Part shown: in pieces, positions 1 to 12,529 of the stretch
How the letters are laid out: each line of letters begins with the position of its first letter
Numbering within the stretch: the first letter of the stretch is position 1
DNA from: Fistulifera solaris
Taxonomy: Eukaryota
Assembly: GCA_030295235.1 (NCBI GenBank)
Contig: AP026162.1
Span: 868,001-932,000, forward strand
Length of the DNA: 64,000 nt
Reading direction: 5' to 3'
Notes under the pieces: model-generated
Told to the model about the DNA's origin: nothing
Seen by the model: only the letters and a program-made list of their open reading frames with translations
The model's database searches: none
Program-made: the position numbers and the translations under genes

Positions 1-97
1 GCTCATTATTGTGCTTATTCAACGATTCATTCCTTATTCAACACATTCCTTATCAACGCATTTCAAGAGACTCTTTAGAGTGCCTCTAATCGAAAGT

Positions 98-1052
98 ATG
101 GTCAAACCAAAAGGAGGCGGTAAAAGAAACCAAGTGGACAGCACTCGCGGATCAAAACATCGCACCAGCAACGGGTTCGAGATGGGATTCTAGAGAGTAG
201 TGAAGAAGACATCAAACGGCGCAATGAAGAGCTTACGTTCTGTGGTGAAGTGAAGAAAGATCCGTTCAAAGGTCTTTCGTTGCGAATGTGGGATTTCGCT
301 CAATGCGATCCGAAGCGCTGTACGGGAGCACGATTGGCGAAACGTGGTATTTTTCAGAAAATGCCGCTGAAGCAAAACTTCCGAGGGATTGTTCTCAGTC
401 CTCAAGGTACTCAATCGGTGAGCCCCGCAGATTTGCCCATTCTCGAAAAGTCCGGTATATCATTGATTGACTGTTCGTGGGCGCGTTTGGATGAAATTCC
501 GTTTCGACAAATGCAAGCCGGACATCATCGACTTTTACCCTTTATGGTGGCGGCGAACACTGTCAATTACGGCAAGCCAAGTAAGCTGAGCTGTGCCGAA
601 GCTGCTGCCGCGACTTTGTATATCTGTGGAAAGCAAGATGCTGCCATAGCTTTGATGGACGAGTTTTCCTGGGGCGGGAATTTTTGCGTCTCAACAAAGA
701 AGTTCTTGAATTGTACGCAAGTTGTACAGATTCGACCGAAGTTGTTGAGAAGCAAAACGAGTGGTTAGCAAAGTCAGAGCTTCAAGCGACTCGCTTAGTA
801 AATGCCGACGACTACGCGTTAGGTGATCTTCCTCCTGATGATGACGAGTTCAATGAGGACGACGAATATTCAGTAAGCGACGATGCTTCTGAACCTGAGG
901 TTGACAAATTTGGTAATTTCGTTGAAAAGGGGAATGAAAATAGTGATGACGAATACAATTCGTCGTCAGAAGATGATTCCGAGTTGGAAGTGGATCGTTT
1001 TGGTAACTTCGTTGCGAAGCAGAAGGATGTCGGAGAGGAAAATTTTGAATAG
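98..1052 (+). CDS. TSR3: 18S rRNA aminocarboxypropyltransferase TSR3 (two apparent frameshifts)
   Basis: Contains WDFAQCDPKRCTG, IDCSWARL, RLLPFMVAANTVNYGKPSKLSCAEA and FSWG, with an acidic tail. ATG at 98. Frame switches at G-runs near 173 and 676 join ORFs 11..193, 250..768 and 684..1052. Confidence 0.9.
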
Positions 1053-1272
1053 CCTGCACGTCAGACATTTGTTGTTACGGTCGACCTCGTTAGGTCTAGC
1101 GCATCCTATGAAGACAACATGAATGGAGTCCTTAGATTTAACATCAGCAAGCCTATTTACGATCAAATATGATGCAAGAAGAGTCCATTTTTGAATGCAA
1201 CACTCAGCGCTCATTATCCAAGATGCCAATCATTTGCAAAATCCTCTATAACTACATCTGTAAAGCATCGTA

Positions 1273-2888
1273 CTATAATTTAATTCTTTCTTTGGGATGC
1301 ATGAAGAAACAGTCTTTTCGTGCACACTCCGCCCCGAAGCGGCATTGTACTTTTGAAATCTTCGTTTATCCTTCTTGATAGCCGCGTGCCCTCCTCCCCA
1401 TTTTAACACAGAAGGTGCAGCTTTATTTGATGTTGCGTCGGGTAAAATGGAATCCATCCCGTTGTTAGTCCATTCAACATCTTCTGCTCGAACAGTTACT
1501 CCCTCTTCGACACACAGGGGGCATCTTAGTAGCAAATTGTCGTCCTTTTTGGATTTCGACGACATGCATTTATCACACATGAGCACCGGAACACCGCACA
1601 TACTGCATTTCTTTTTTCCAAGATAGCGATCCCATGGTTTCTCGCATAAACAGCATTTTGTTTCTGTTGTAGATGAGTTGCTGTGACCAAGAACGCCTCC
1701 ATCGCCGTCCCTATCTCCGGCTCCACAAGCTTCCCGTTTATCAAATACAAAGTTTTTACCTCGAAAATAACCTCCCGTCGGAAATTCTTGAAGATATTTC
1801 TCCACGCCACCTTGTAGTTGAAAAACGCCTTTCACGTTAGTAACTGTATTTCGTAGGTACGCAGAAGCACGTTCACAACGCACTCCACCCGTGCAGAATA
1901 GCATGACATTCTTGTCTTGCAATTTTTCCTGTGTTTCCTTCTTGTTCAGCCACTTGGCAAAATCTGTACTCTTGCGCATCTTCGGATCAATGTACTCTGC
2001 ACCTGCTGTTGGTGCTTCGGCCTGTTGTCCATCAAATCGTCCCAAGGCGGCTTCATAGTGATTTCGGACGTCAATCACGACAGTACTCGAAGAATCTTGT
2101 TCTAACATCTTATGGAAGTCGGCAGGAGGAAGGTGAACACCCGTCTTTTCCAATGGAGCTGGATCCTGGTCTTCTTTGCTTTTCGGAAAACCGTAAAATA
2201 CTAGTTCTTGCACCGGAAATAGCTTGAGATCCTTGAAATGACGATCGGCTTGTACATGGTCAATGAATTTGAAATCCGTTTGACTGAATACTTTGGAATC
2301 GAATCGTTTCAAGTCTCGACAGAAATGACGCAGCGTTTCCACTGCTGTACTGTGTTGGTCGTCGATGGCACTCAAGGTCACGTTGAGGCCTTCTCGCGCC
2401 ACCCGGATGCGACCACCTAAATTCGGTCGATGTTCGGCGATTTGCACCAGAAAGGCCATGAGCAAATCAACTTTAGATTGCGGCCATAATGGTTCTGTTA
2501 CGTATTGATAAAAGAGAAGGATCGAAGCGGTGGGTAGCTGCTCGGGTGGCGTTTCTTTGCGAGTTTCAGAATCTCGGCATTCGTATAGTGCACGGACGAT
2601 TTGAGCACGACGGCTTTTGGAAACCATTTTCCCAAGGATTTAGTGTGTTTGGCACTCATGTCTTGGAAGGAAGGAATCGGTGTGGGTACATAGGTCGTTT
2701 CGAGTTCTTCTTCGCTGGGAATCGTTCGTTGAATAAAGTTATTGTTGAGTGCTTCATTCGATGCCGTGTCACTCGATTGCTTTTCTGATTCTTCCCGCTG
2801 CTTCTTTCGCGCTTTTTGTTCTTTTTCGACTCAAGCGGCCGCGTTTGCGATCGCTTTTCGCTTTTGTATTCTCCTCTTTATTTGACAT
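1273..2888 (-). CDS. TSTD2/TrhO-like (UPF0176) rhodanese-domain protein with C-terminal CCCH zinc finger
   Basis: Contains LLFYQY, GRIRVAREGLN, VIDVRNHYE..GRF, FCTGGVRCERAS, QLQGG, GKNFVFD and CxxC pairs. The basic N-terminus starts at ATG 2888 and is joined by frameshifts. An alternative frame at the 3' end reads CRFGAECARKDCFFMHP, then a stop at 1273. Confidence 0.8.
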
Positions 2889-3206
2889 GTTTTTGATAAT
2901 GAAAATGAGTAGATTTGTTTCAGTAAATTTAGTTCTTTGATGCAAACAAAAGGGTAGCTGTTGCACGTTTTGCTGTCCGGTGTGAATGGTGCAAAAGTTG
3001 CACCGCATAACTTTATTGTCGTACAGTACCGGTACCTGGTACTCTTATACGAAGATACGTTGTGTTGACGGTCAGACGAATGATGTCTCGCGAAACCAAT
3101 CAATCATCGAAGAAAGAAAAGCGAGCCATTGCAATTTTCGCGTCCGTCTCTTTTAGGTATTAGCTCTGTCATAATTTTTTATTCTTACACAACAGAAGAC
3201 TATCAA

Positions 3207-4018
3207 ATGACGAGTGAGGACGAGGAATCATCTCGTGTAGGCGAAGAAGGAGAGAAAACGGAGCAGGCCGAGACGGACAAGAAACGTCGTCGTCGCAAAC
3301 GAAATCGGAACAAGAAGAATGCCGAAGATCAAGAGGAAGAAAAGGCTTCCACACCTCAACTCACTTCTATTGAAAGCGAGCGTACCAGTCAAGTCGATAG
3401 GACAGTGTTTGTGGAAGGCATTCCCTATACTGCGAAACCCGACGACATTCGAGAATTCTTTCAACAACACGGATTGGAGGATATCGAAGACGTGCGTTTG
3501 CCGGTATGGCAAGATACCGGACGATTGCGTGGCTTTGGTCATGTTGTTTTTACGAGTTTAACATCAAAAGACAAAGCGCTGACATTGTCCGGCAAATACC
3601 TGCATAATCGCTATTTATCCATATCAGCGGCCAATAAACCAAAAGAGCAAAGATTCGAAGCGACGTCGTCGGAACCTTCCAAGAAAATCATGTTGAAGAA
3701 CTTATCTTATGAAGCTACAGAAGAAGACATTCAAGCTGCTTTGGAGAAGTATGGTCGAATTGTTGAGGGTGGAGTAAGAGTTGTGCGTCATTCGGTCGGC
3801 GAGCGTCGCAGCAAAGGATTTGGCTACGTCGAATTCGAATCCATCGAAAGTGCAAAGAAGGTCATGCAACAAAAGATTGTTATTCACAATCGTCAAGCGT
3901 TCTGTGATTACGACCATGGTCGAGTGAAAGGAAGCTTTCGTACCGCTGATGGACGCTACTGGCAAAAGAGTATGGTCATGCCATAGATGGCAGAGAGCCC
4001 AAGAAACAAAAAGTATAG
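3207..4018 (+). CDS. Two-RRM RNA-binding protein, probably nucleolar
   Basis: RNP2/RNP1 pairs are TVFVEGIP/RGFGHVVF and IMLKNLS/KGFGYVEF, with a KKRRRRK basic patch. A 3' frameshift at the aaaa run (~3965) gives ...PKKQKV, stop at 4018. Confidence 0.8.
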
Positions 4019-4309
4019 AGCAAGTGGCTTAACATAAAAAGACTTTCTGAAAGAGTTGTCGAGCGTGTTTCGTAATAGCAAACTTTATGCATGTGTAGTA
4101 TTGAATTTTTAATCCATCCGATGGAAAACTATACACCAACTAAGCCTTACAGCTTGATTTTATTCAACTAAATGTCTGGTTGTTAAAAGAGCGAGCTGTG
4201 GCTTTAAACCATTAACAAAAAGCAAAGCGTTCACTCCACAGTCGTCTATTTCTCAAAAACTGGTCTCGACGTGCTCGTAAAGAAAACAACCACTTATACG
4301 TGGTTTTTT

Positions 4310-5110
4310 AACACAGAAATTCTGTGGGCTGGCCAGAAATTTCAGAATTCTGGACTTGTTGTTTCGAGTCACACAGACATTCCGTGCACGTTCCAGGTGA
4401 TCTGAAATCAGTATTTTGGTGTCATACAGAAATGCTGTGGGCGTTCCTGGTATTCCGGAATTAGTGTTTTAGATATAAGAGCCATTTTTGCAAATTCCAG
4501 AAATTCTGGAATCCGCTGTTTTGTGTCAAACAGAAATTCTGTGTGATGGCCAGAAATCCCAGAATTTCTGGATTTGTTGTTTCGATTCAACAGACATTTC
4601 AATTTCATGCACGTTCCAGGTGAACTACCTGGTAAAATCGACAAAAATTTGAGCCGATCTGTCATTTGGGTCACGCAGAAATCCCCTGCCTTTTCCAGAA
4701 GTTCTGGGATTATTGTTATTTCGCATTAGACAGAGATTTTGCAAATTCTAGATATTCTGAACTTGGTCACATAGAAATACCCTACCTTTCCAGAAGTTCT
4801 GGAATTATTGTTATTTCGCATTAGACAGAGATTTTGCAAATTCTAGATATTCTGGACTTGTGGTTATTTTTATCATACAGAAATCCTGTGTACAGTCCAG
4901 AAATACTGGAATAGTTATTTCGCATCAGACAAAGATTTATTGCACGTTCCGGACAAATTTGCAGGCTCCAGAAATTCTGTACCTGCTTATTTTCGGTCAT
5001 ACAGTACCAAAATCCTGTGTGTTCCCTTTCCAGAAATTCTGGAATCATCGTTATGTTTCGCGTCAGCAAGATTTGATGCACGTTCCCAAATAATTGCACG
5101 TCCATCCAGA
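4310..5110 (-). repeat. Degenerate palindromic satellite (CCAGA-W3-TCTGG family), inverted relative to the 41.5-42.9 kb array
   Basis: Recurrent ccagaaattctgg and acagaaattctgt. Segments such as ttttggtgtcatacagaaatgctgtgggcgttcc match the reverse complement of the 52-bp unit at 41.5 kb. Confidence 0.75.
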
Positions 5111-5414
5111 ATGAAAGTAAAAATTTGCTTTTTTAATGAGATATACTGTACAGTTCACGGCAGGGAGGAGTAGCATTATTTACCAGGAAACAACAAGAGA
5201 ATGGCGACCTTCTTCCATTTCACATCGAAGCACACACAATGAAATTTTTAAGACCTGTTAGCGGACAGTGGGCCAAAAGGAATGATAAATGGGGAGAATT
5301 GAGTCTTAAAACCATGTTCATGTGACGAACGAAAATCGAATTGAAAAAATCAAAATTTTCTGTGATCTTTTCATCAACGAAAAGAGGAAAAGTGGAAAAG
5401 ATGAAACGGTAAAT

Positions 5415-5488
5415 AGCTCTAACGCGGATTCGAACCACGGACCTCCTCATTACTAATGAGGTGCTCTAACCAACTGAGCTATTAGAGC
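5415..5488 (-). tRNA. tRNA-Thr(AGT)
   Basis: The reverse complement GCTCTAATAGCTCAGTTGGTTAGAGCACCTCATTAGTAATGAGGAGGTCCGTGGTTCGAATCCGCGTTAGAGCT folds as a cloverleaf. Anticodon stem is CCTCA/TGAGG, loop TTAGTAA, T-loop GTTCGAA. Confidence 0.95.
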
Positions 5489-5626
5489 TGCTGAGTCTGA
5501 AAGAACGCTTTAACTTTACAACGGTTGCATCAAATTTAGAAAAGATAACTACTCGTACTTTTTAGCCTACCGATACCGCATTGTTGTTGTTCGTAATTGC
5601 TTTTTTCTTTCAAAATATTGCCTTTC

Positions 5627-6485
5627 ATGCACAAACGAATATTCATCCAATTAATTCTTTATCTCCTAAGCTCCGTGTCGCAAGGGGCTCTTCCGTTTGT
5701 TAAGCGTACCTGGCAAAGCAGACAGGTGGAGCTGTTGATGAAAGTAACGCACGGTGGGGCACAGAATAGGGACCCAGATGAGTCTCCCGACAATACTCAA
5801 AAACCTTCCCGGCGGCCGGATCGAAAAAAGAAAAAGAAATCCTCTCTGATGCATCTTGCGGAAAAATCGGTGCAGCTATCGACAAAGACGGCGTTCATGA
5901 CAGCGAAGCAATCTGGAAAGGCTGCCTATTACCTAATCAAGCCAAAACACGTGGACAAAAAAAGAGCTCGTTGGATTATGGCGCATCGATCAGCAGATAT
6001 CGGGTGAGGATGCTTTACCGCTGGAGTGTTCGGCCAACATAGAATTCAGCCCCAGTGATGTCTTGGTCACGGTACGTGACGACCAAGAGAAGGAGGTAAT
6101 AAGGAGAACGCCTTGGACATTTCAACCATCAAGGTGGCCACGAGCTGCTAAAGTCGAGTTTGCAGCCAAGGCTTTTGTGCTAGAAGGGCACCAAGAATTG
6201 TTTTATTACAAGGGACAAGTGGATCGGAAGTTGGCTGCAAGATCGGTAATAAAAATCAAGGGGGATATTTATCGAATCGAGAAAGCTGGCTGGAGAGGGA
6301 AGGAGCGCAAGTACGTAAAAATTGGAACTTTTGTTGCCAGGCGACGAGTCAAGCTTCACGACGAAGATCAGGTTGATGACAAGGACGACGATGATGAGAG
6401 TGATTGGGATGAACTCACGGAAGAAGAGGAGCTAAGTGATCGAGAGGACACTGACAGTGTGTATGAACATGAACTTGATATTTAA
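5627..6485 (+). CDS. Hypothetical protein with predicted signal peptide and acidic C-terminus (frameshift at A7 ~5960)
   Basis: Starts with hydrophobic MHKRIFIQLILYLLSSVSQG. ORFs 5597..6007 and 6063..6485 join across gacaaaaaaagagctc. Confidence 0.6.
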
Positions 6486-6497
6486 ACACTTTACTGC

Positions 6498-9400
6498 CTA
6501 TATTTCTCCCATCCGACTCCTACTTTTGCCGGCTGCCTTCTTTGTGCCTCCGTCTCCTTTACCTTGTTTAACTAATTTACCCCCAACAATTTTAAACGCT
6601 GGTTTCTCGATCTTTGTCGGAGGCGGTGAAGAAGCCTCGTTCTTTACCAGCTTGCCATTTTTTATGACAAAACTTGACTTGGCTTTTACCGACTTCTTGG
6701 AAGCACTTTTACCCCACTCACCGTCGTCGGCTAGGACTATATCAGATCCGCGAACGGCAAACTTACTAGACTTTGTATCCGTCGTCGACTTACTGCTTGA
6801 TTTTGCTGGAACTTTGCTTGCTTTACCTTTCCCTGGCTTATCACCTTTGGTAGTAGTCTTAGCTTTCGCTTCAGGTTTACCTTTAACATCTCTTTCGCTA
6901 CTTTTCATTTTGGCCTTTTCTGGTTTCTTCGGCGAAAGAGCCGGACTCACTTTCTCACCAAAATCGGTCACTTTCCTCTTTGGTTCAAAGTTACCAGGCT
7001 TTCCTCCTTGTAACAACATAGATGAGTTCTTTTCAGTGGACTCGTCATCGCTCTCCATCGTGTCGCTCGAGCTACTATCTTCGGAATCATTGGTTATCTG
7101 GGCTGGTGCACGGAGTACTGGTACATTACTGGACTTGACTGCAGATCGTGCATTGGACGTTGAAGCAATGGGGTCGCTATCCTCTTCGCTTTCGTCGCTG
7201 CTGTCTTCCAATGATCCCGCAAAGGTTTTTGCAACTGTCACGGGTTTCCTTTGTTCATTAATTTTTTCGCCGACGTCTTCTTCGTCATCGTCATCGCTAC
7301 TTGAATCAGCCTTGGAGACTTTTGTGGATGTTCCTGGAGGAGCCCGGACTTCTAAAGGTGTTGTTTCCAGTTTTAATGCTGTAGCTTCTGCTGATCTTTG
7401 TTGAGTGTGGTCTTCTTCTTCGCTACTCGAATCGCTATCGTCGTCAGATTTAGATGACGAAAATGGGACTGATTTTGATGCCCGTGATTCCGCCGTTTCT
7501 TCCTTGTCGTCATCTCCGTCGCTACTGGAATCGCTATCGTCGTCGGCTTTGGATGATGAGGAAAGCGGGACTGGCGTCGCCGTCGGGACTTCCGCTTTTC
7601 TCTTTTCGTTGTCTTCATCGCTACTGGAATCGCTATCGTCGTCGGCTTTAGATGATAAATATGGGGCTGACCTTGATGCCTGTGGTTCCGCTTTTCCATT
7701 GTTGTCTTCATCGTCGTTACTGGAATCGCTGTCATCGTCAGCTTTAGATGACGAGAACGGGGTTGACTTCGATGTCTGCAGTTCCGCCGTCTTTTCCTTG
7801 TCGACGTCGTCATCGCTACTGGAATCGCCATCGTCGTCGATTTTAGATGACGAAACTGGGACTGATTTTGATGCCTGTGGTTCCGCCGTTTCTTCATTGT
7901 CGTCGTCTTCATCGCTACTGGAATCGCTATCGTCGTCGGCTTTAGAAGATGGGGAAAACGGGACTGATATCGACGTCTGGACTTCCGCTTTTCTCTTGTC
8001 ATTGTCATCATCACTACTGGAATCGCTACCGTCGTCGGCTTTGGTTGTCGAAAATGGGGCCGACATTAGAGCCTGTGGTTCCGCTTTTCCGTTGTCGTCT
8101 TCTTCGTCGCTACTGGAATCGCTGTTGTCGGCCTTGGGTGATGAGGAAAAAGCGGCGGGTTTTGCTACCTGAGCTTCTGTCTTCCCTTTTTATCGTCTTC
8201 GTCGCTACTGGAATCTTTTTTTATCGTCGGTTATCGACGAAGACAATGCAGCTTGTGGTCCAGACTCGTCGGTTGCATCACTGTGGTCAAGTTCTTCTGT
8301 GCGACTTATGGTAGAGCTCTCATGCGGAAGCTCGGTGGCCAAATTTTTGCGTACAGGATCGAAAGTGAAACTACCTTCATTGTCCTCGCTATCGTCGTCC
8401 TCGTTCTTTTTCTTTCGAGGATGCCACGGTATTGACGACGATGTGTCCGCGAATCGTGTACCCCCGGAAAACGGTTGTCTCAAGCTTGTCGACTCTCCAG
8501 AGGTTTCGATGACACTTTCGTTGGCGTTTCGTGCACCAATTGTCTTAAACTTTTTCATAAATTCAGGGACAGTCTCCTTCTCGATTACATCACTTGACTG
8601 CTCAGCGGCTTTCTTGCGTGCCTGGGCTTGTAACTTTGCTAGAAAACTCGACACCGGTTTGCCTGGTTTCGATTCTGTTGTTCCTTCGTCTGTGATTTCC
8701 TTATCATCCTTCAAAGCAGTTGCGGATTCTCCAGATTGCTCGTACTTCTCGTGCGTTGTATCACTGGACGCTACGATGACGTTGTCTTTTTCTACAGAGA
8801 TTTCTTGGACACGGGAGTGATTGGAATTAGCCATTTCGGACGGACCTCTGTGAGTAGCCTGATTTGCTAGGACCGACAGACTCGAAGAGCTTAAGATGCG
8901 ACTACTGCTTGTTGCGACCGCCGTTGACTGTTTTGCAGCAGTGTCGCGCGCAGAGGAGACATTGGTTATTACCCTACCTTTCTCTTTGTGGAGCGCGTCT
9001 TCTACGACGTCATCTTCCATAAACAGAAATGCGTTTGCAGACAAGGAAGTCGACTGCAACATGTTTTTGTGAGCAACTCCAGCGCCCAGAGACTCTTTGT
9101 GTGCTGATATCTGGGTTCTTTCAATATTCTCTTCGGGTCTAGTGATCATGAAAAGCAAATCGTCCACATTAGCTTCTGGGATTGATGACGCGGCCGCTTC
9201 TATAGTCGACAATTCGATATCTTTTAAAGTCAGCAAGACTCCATCGGTTTGAGTTTCAACTTCGCAAGGAATAAAGTCGCCATTCATTTTGTGTGTTTTT
9301 TCAGTTTGCGTCTCGGCGTCAACCAGTAAGTCTGAACTGGTTAAGTGAAGGTCAGTTTGCGCTTGAGTATCCTTCACCTCTTTCATTTGTGTTTGACATT

Positions 9401-11990
9401 CTCCGTCAACTCTGTCGTAGTCAGTTTGTGTCTCGACATCGGCTCTCCAATGCATTCGACGCCTTTATCCACTCTCCCGCTTCTCCTATTGACGCGCGGC
9501 GTAATGCGTTCTTTGAATCTGCCTTCAAATCTTCTTTTGAAGAGGAAAAAGGGGCAACGAGTCTGTAGTGAAAAGGGGTGTTTTCATTGGACTGTTCACC
9601 GAAGAAGCGAATAGGACTGGAGAAAGCGCGTATGCGTTTAGAGAGCTCGGCTATCTCGTCGCGTAAAGATTATCACCTCGTTCCTTCTCGAGGACGAGGG
9701 AAGTATTTTGCTTGAAGCTTCGGTAAAGGTATTCTCAAGGTGAAGAATTCGATTATCTCTTTCTAGCACCATTGCTCGAAGAGACTTGCCAGCCATGTGC
9801 ATCTCGTTCATCTTCCAAATGACAGCATTCAAGTCGTGCTCTTTCTTCTCAAGCTGATCTTTCACTATTTTACTTTCCTTTAAGCTTTTTAAGCGATCCA
9901 GAGCAGCGGCCACGCCAACACTTTTTGTAAGCGTTTCAACTTTCTGTTTCTCCTCCACAAGGGATCTTTCTAGATGGCTGGCCTTTTCTGAAAGAGACAA
10001 CAGCTCTGATTCGAGATCATGTTCGCGCATCTCCAAATACTTTCCAGCTGGGGTACTGTGAAGTCGCTGCCTCGCTTCAACACTTTGAGAATTGTCTCTC
10101 ACGATAGCAGATTTGGAAAATGACGCCTTTTCGTCCATATATGCTTTTGACTGCATCATTTCGATGGCCCCGTTGGAGCTCTTAGCCATTGCTTCGGGGC
10201 TTGTTTTGATATAAGGATCAATATCACCACCGATTTCATGTTCCTCTAGAAGCCCACTTTCAACCATAAGACTATCAATGTCAACCAGCTTGTCGAGACT
10301 AGGCGCGCCGGGAACTTCTTGAATAATTTGGCCAACGTTCCCGCTCCCGTCTGTGGCCATTTGTTTGCGCAGTCGAAAGTAGAAACGACGAAATTGTCGA
10401 AGGAAGACCACCGCTTCGTTCTCCCGAAATCGGCTTGTTCGCAAATTGTACTCTGCTTCTTCTTTTGTGCCCGTGCCACCAAAACTTCGTTCTTTAACCG
10501 AGCGAGCTCTGCTTCAGTAGTTTCCTTGCCTTCCAACAAACGTATATTTTGGTCTTTGAGCAATTGAAGGTCGGACTGCATTTGAGATACACTACTCAGT
10601 AATTCGTCTCGTGTTTGTACTGCGCGCCGCATTTCGGATCTGAGCTTCATTTGCTCGGTTCTTATTTGATGTTCTGCCTTTGTTTCAATAGTAAACTTGA
10701 TATCTCGGTGCTCCGTGGTGGCTTCCGTAATCTCTGATATAACGTTCTCCAGCGTCGTGGAGGAAAATCGAGCCCCTGATTTCGAGTGAAGTCGATGACA
10801 TTCACTTGCGAGAACCCTCACTAGCTCTTCAAAACGAAGGTTGTTCTCCCTAGCCTCCATTAATTCCGCGGAACAGTCCTGCCATCGTTCATGGAAGTGA
10901 GGCGCAGGTGTATTGTGGATCGATCGACAAAGTTCTCCGAATTTGAATGTGTCGATGGTTTCTTTGGAAGCAGCATCACTGGTCGACGCGGTTAACAAAA
11001 TCATTGTGTGCGATGAGCCACCCAGATAAGGAGACAAGAGTTGAGCAACTGGAGGAGCCGTAATTGGCATGGTCACTGGTACACCACTTCTGCGTTCCTC
11101 GACAAGTCGCTTCAAAGTATTTAAGGAGTTCGACACCAAGGTTCCACTGCGTTCCGTATTGCGATTCTCGTTCCCAGTCGTCGAGCATTCACTACCAACA
11201 AGGTCACCAATCAATAATGTGCTGGATCTGACACTCTGGGAGCGCGAGTCGTATTGCTCTATTTCCACCTGTATTATCATCGACGAGCGAATCGATTCTC
11301 TACATGGGTCGATCGACGAGCCCGTCCTTGCTGCATGACCGCGATTTACGGTGGTGGTAATATCCTCAGGACTCAAACAGGAAAGACGAGAGCATCCTCT
11401 TAATTTTCCCTCTACCGCACGAACGTGACAAGAGTCGACCAGCAGGTCTCTGAGTCGATCCAAATAAATTTCCACGACGGAACAGCGTACTGTGAACTCG
11501 ATGGCAGGATCCGACGACCGAATCGCATCAAACATAGACCGGGCGAGTCGGGGAACGATTCCATCTTCTGCACGGCATTCATCGATTCCTCCATCCAAGT
11601 TTCCTAGTATTGAGTATGTTTTCCCGGAGCCTTGGGCTCCATACGCAAAAATGGCACAATCGAAACCATCGAGAAGTTGCTGAGGGACGTTAACGCATGT
11701 TCTTTGAAAGACGACTTCTTGATCGCTGGAAGAGTCAAATACCTTTTCAAGGAGAGCAAAGGTTCGCGTTAGATCGTTGTACGAAGTGTAAAATACTTCC
11801 CAATCCTTAACCAGTCACTTACGGAATCGAAATCGGTCTGATACTCTCCGACAGTGTCGTTCTTGACCGACACCCTTGTTTGACTGATAGATTTCGCCGC
11901 CGAACTGCATCCTGACGTTTCTTCCTGCTTACTCAAAGGTCTTAGTCGGAGAAAGACTTTGACCGGCTCCTTTCGTGCGGCCGTCGCCAT
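6498..11990 (-). CDS. Divergent N-terminal-motor kinesin with coiled coil and long low-complexity tail (intron 11743-11822; several frameshifts)
   Basis: Motor motifs are VKVFLRLRP, VFD, P-loop FAYGAQGSGKT, SVVEIY, DLVGSE and ETIDTFKFG. The intron is GT..CTAAC..AG. Downstream ORFs (9638..10444, 8205..9455, 6498..8066) join mostly at homopolymers. The motor is certain; continuity of the tail is inferred and weakest near 9450-9680. Confidence 0.7.
7400..8215 (-). repeat. ~120-bp (40-aa) Ser/Asp-rich coding tandem repeat, ~7 copies
   Basis: Repeats of ADDDSDSSSD....AE.QxSxSVPFSSSK. The DNA motif tcgctactggaatcgctatcgtcgtc recurs about every 120 nt. Confidence 0.9.
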
Positions 11991-12529
11991 GGTGAGATGC
12001 ATGTTTTGTTTGCTGGAAGCTCATGTTCATTTCTTTTTCGTTTTTTTCTTGGAACGAATGACCTGGGTACCAGTACGATCACTGTCTTTTGGGCGGCCCA
12101 ACGATTTTTTTGTCGACGAAATTTCTCCACTGTCGACAAAAGAATAAGAGGTGAAGTACAAAGTGAGTACCGTTTGCAAAGAGTCATCCTGACATCCTGT
12201 TGGGATGGGTCATTTTTGGTCTTTTTTCTTCATTTACTTAAGCTCAACCAATACCGGTTCACGCAAACGGCTCTACTATGCACTATCAACTGGATCTTGC
12301 CATCGTTCTCCAGACTACTTATTGAGCCACAGTACATAGTGGAATGAAATTTGGGACTGGATCGAGCCAGATCATCATCAAACACCACGCCGCCGTGAAG
12401 GTTGCGCGAAGATCTTGAAATGACCGTTTTCCGCATAAAAGAAACTTCATCTGTTGCAGTTTTGATTATCCGAAAGTAATTATCATTCGTATCTATTGAA
12501 TAGACTATTGATTATCCACCGTTTCGAAG

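Noticed and set aside
98..5488. Functional cluster of RNA-metabolism genes (TSR3, TrhO-like, RRM, tRNA)
   Set aside because: Such genes are common and mixed in orientation, so adjacency alone is not evidence of a cluster.
6436..8820. Long + strand ORFs (322, 255 and 173 aa)
   Set aside because: They are antisense shadows of the low-complexity kinesin tail.
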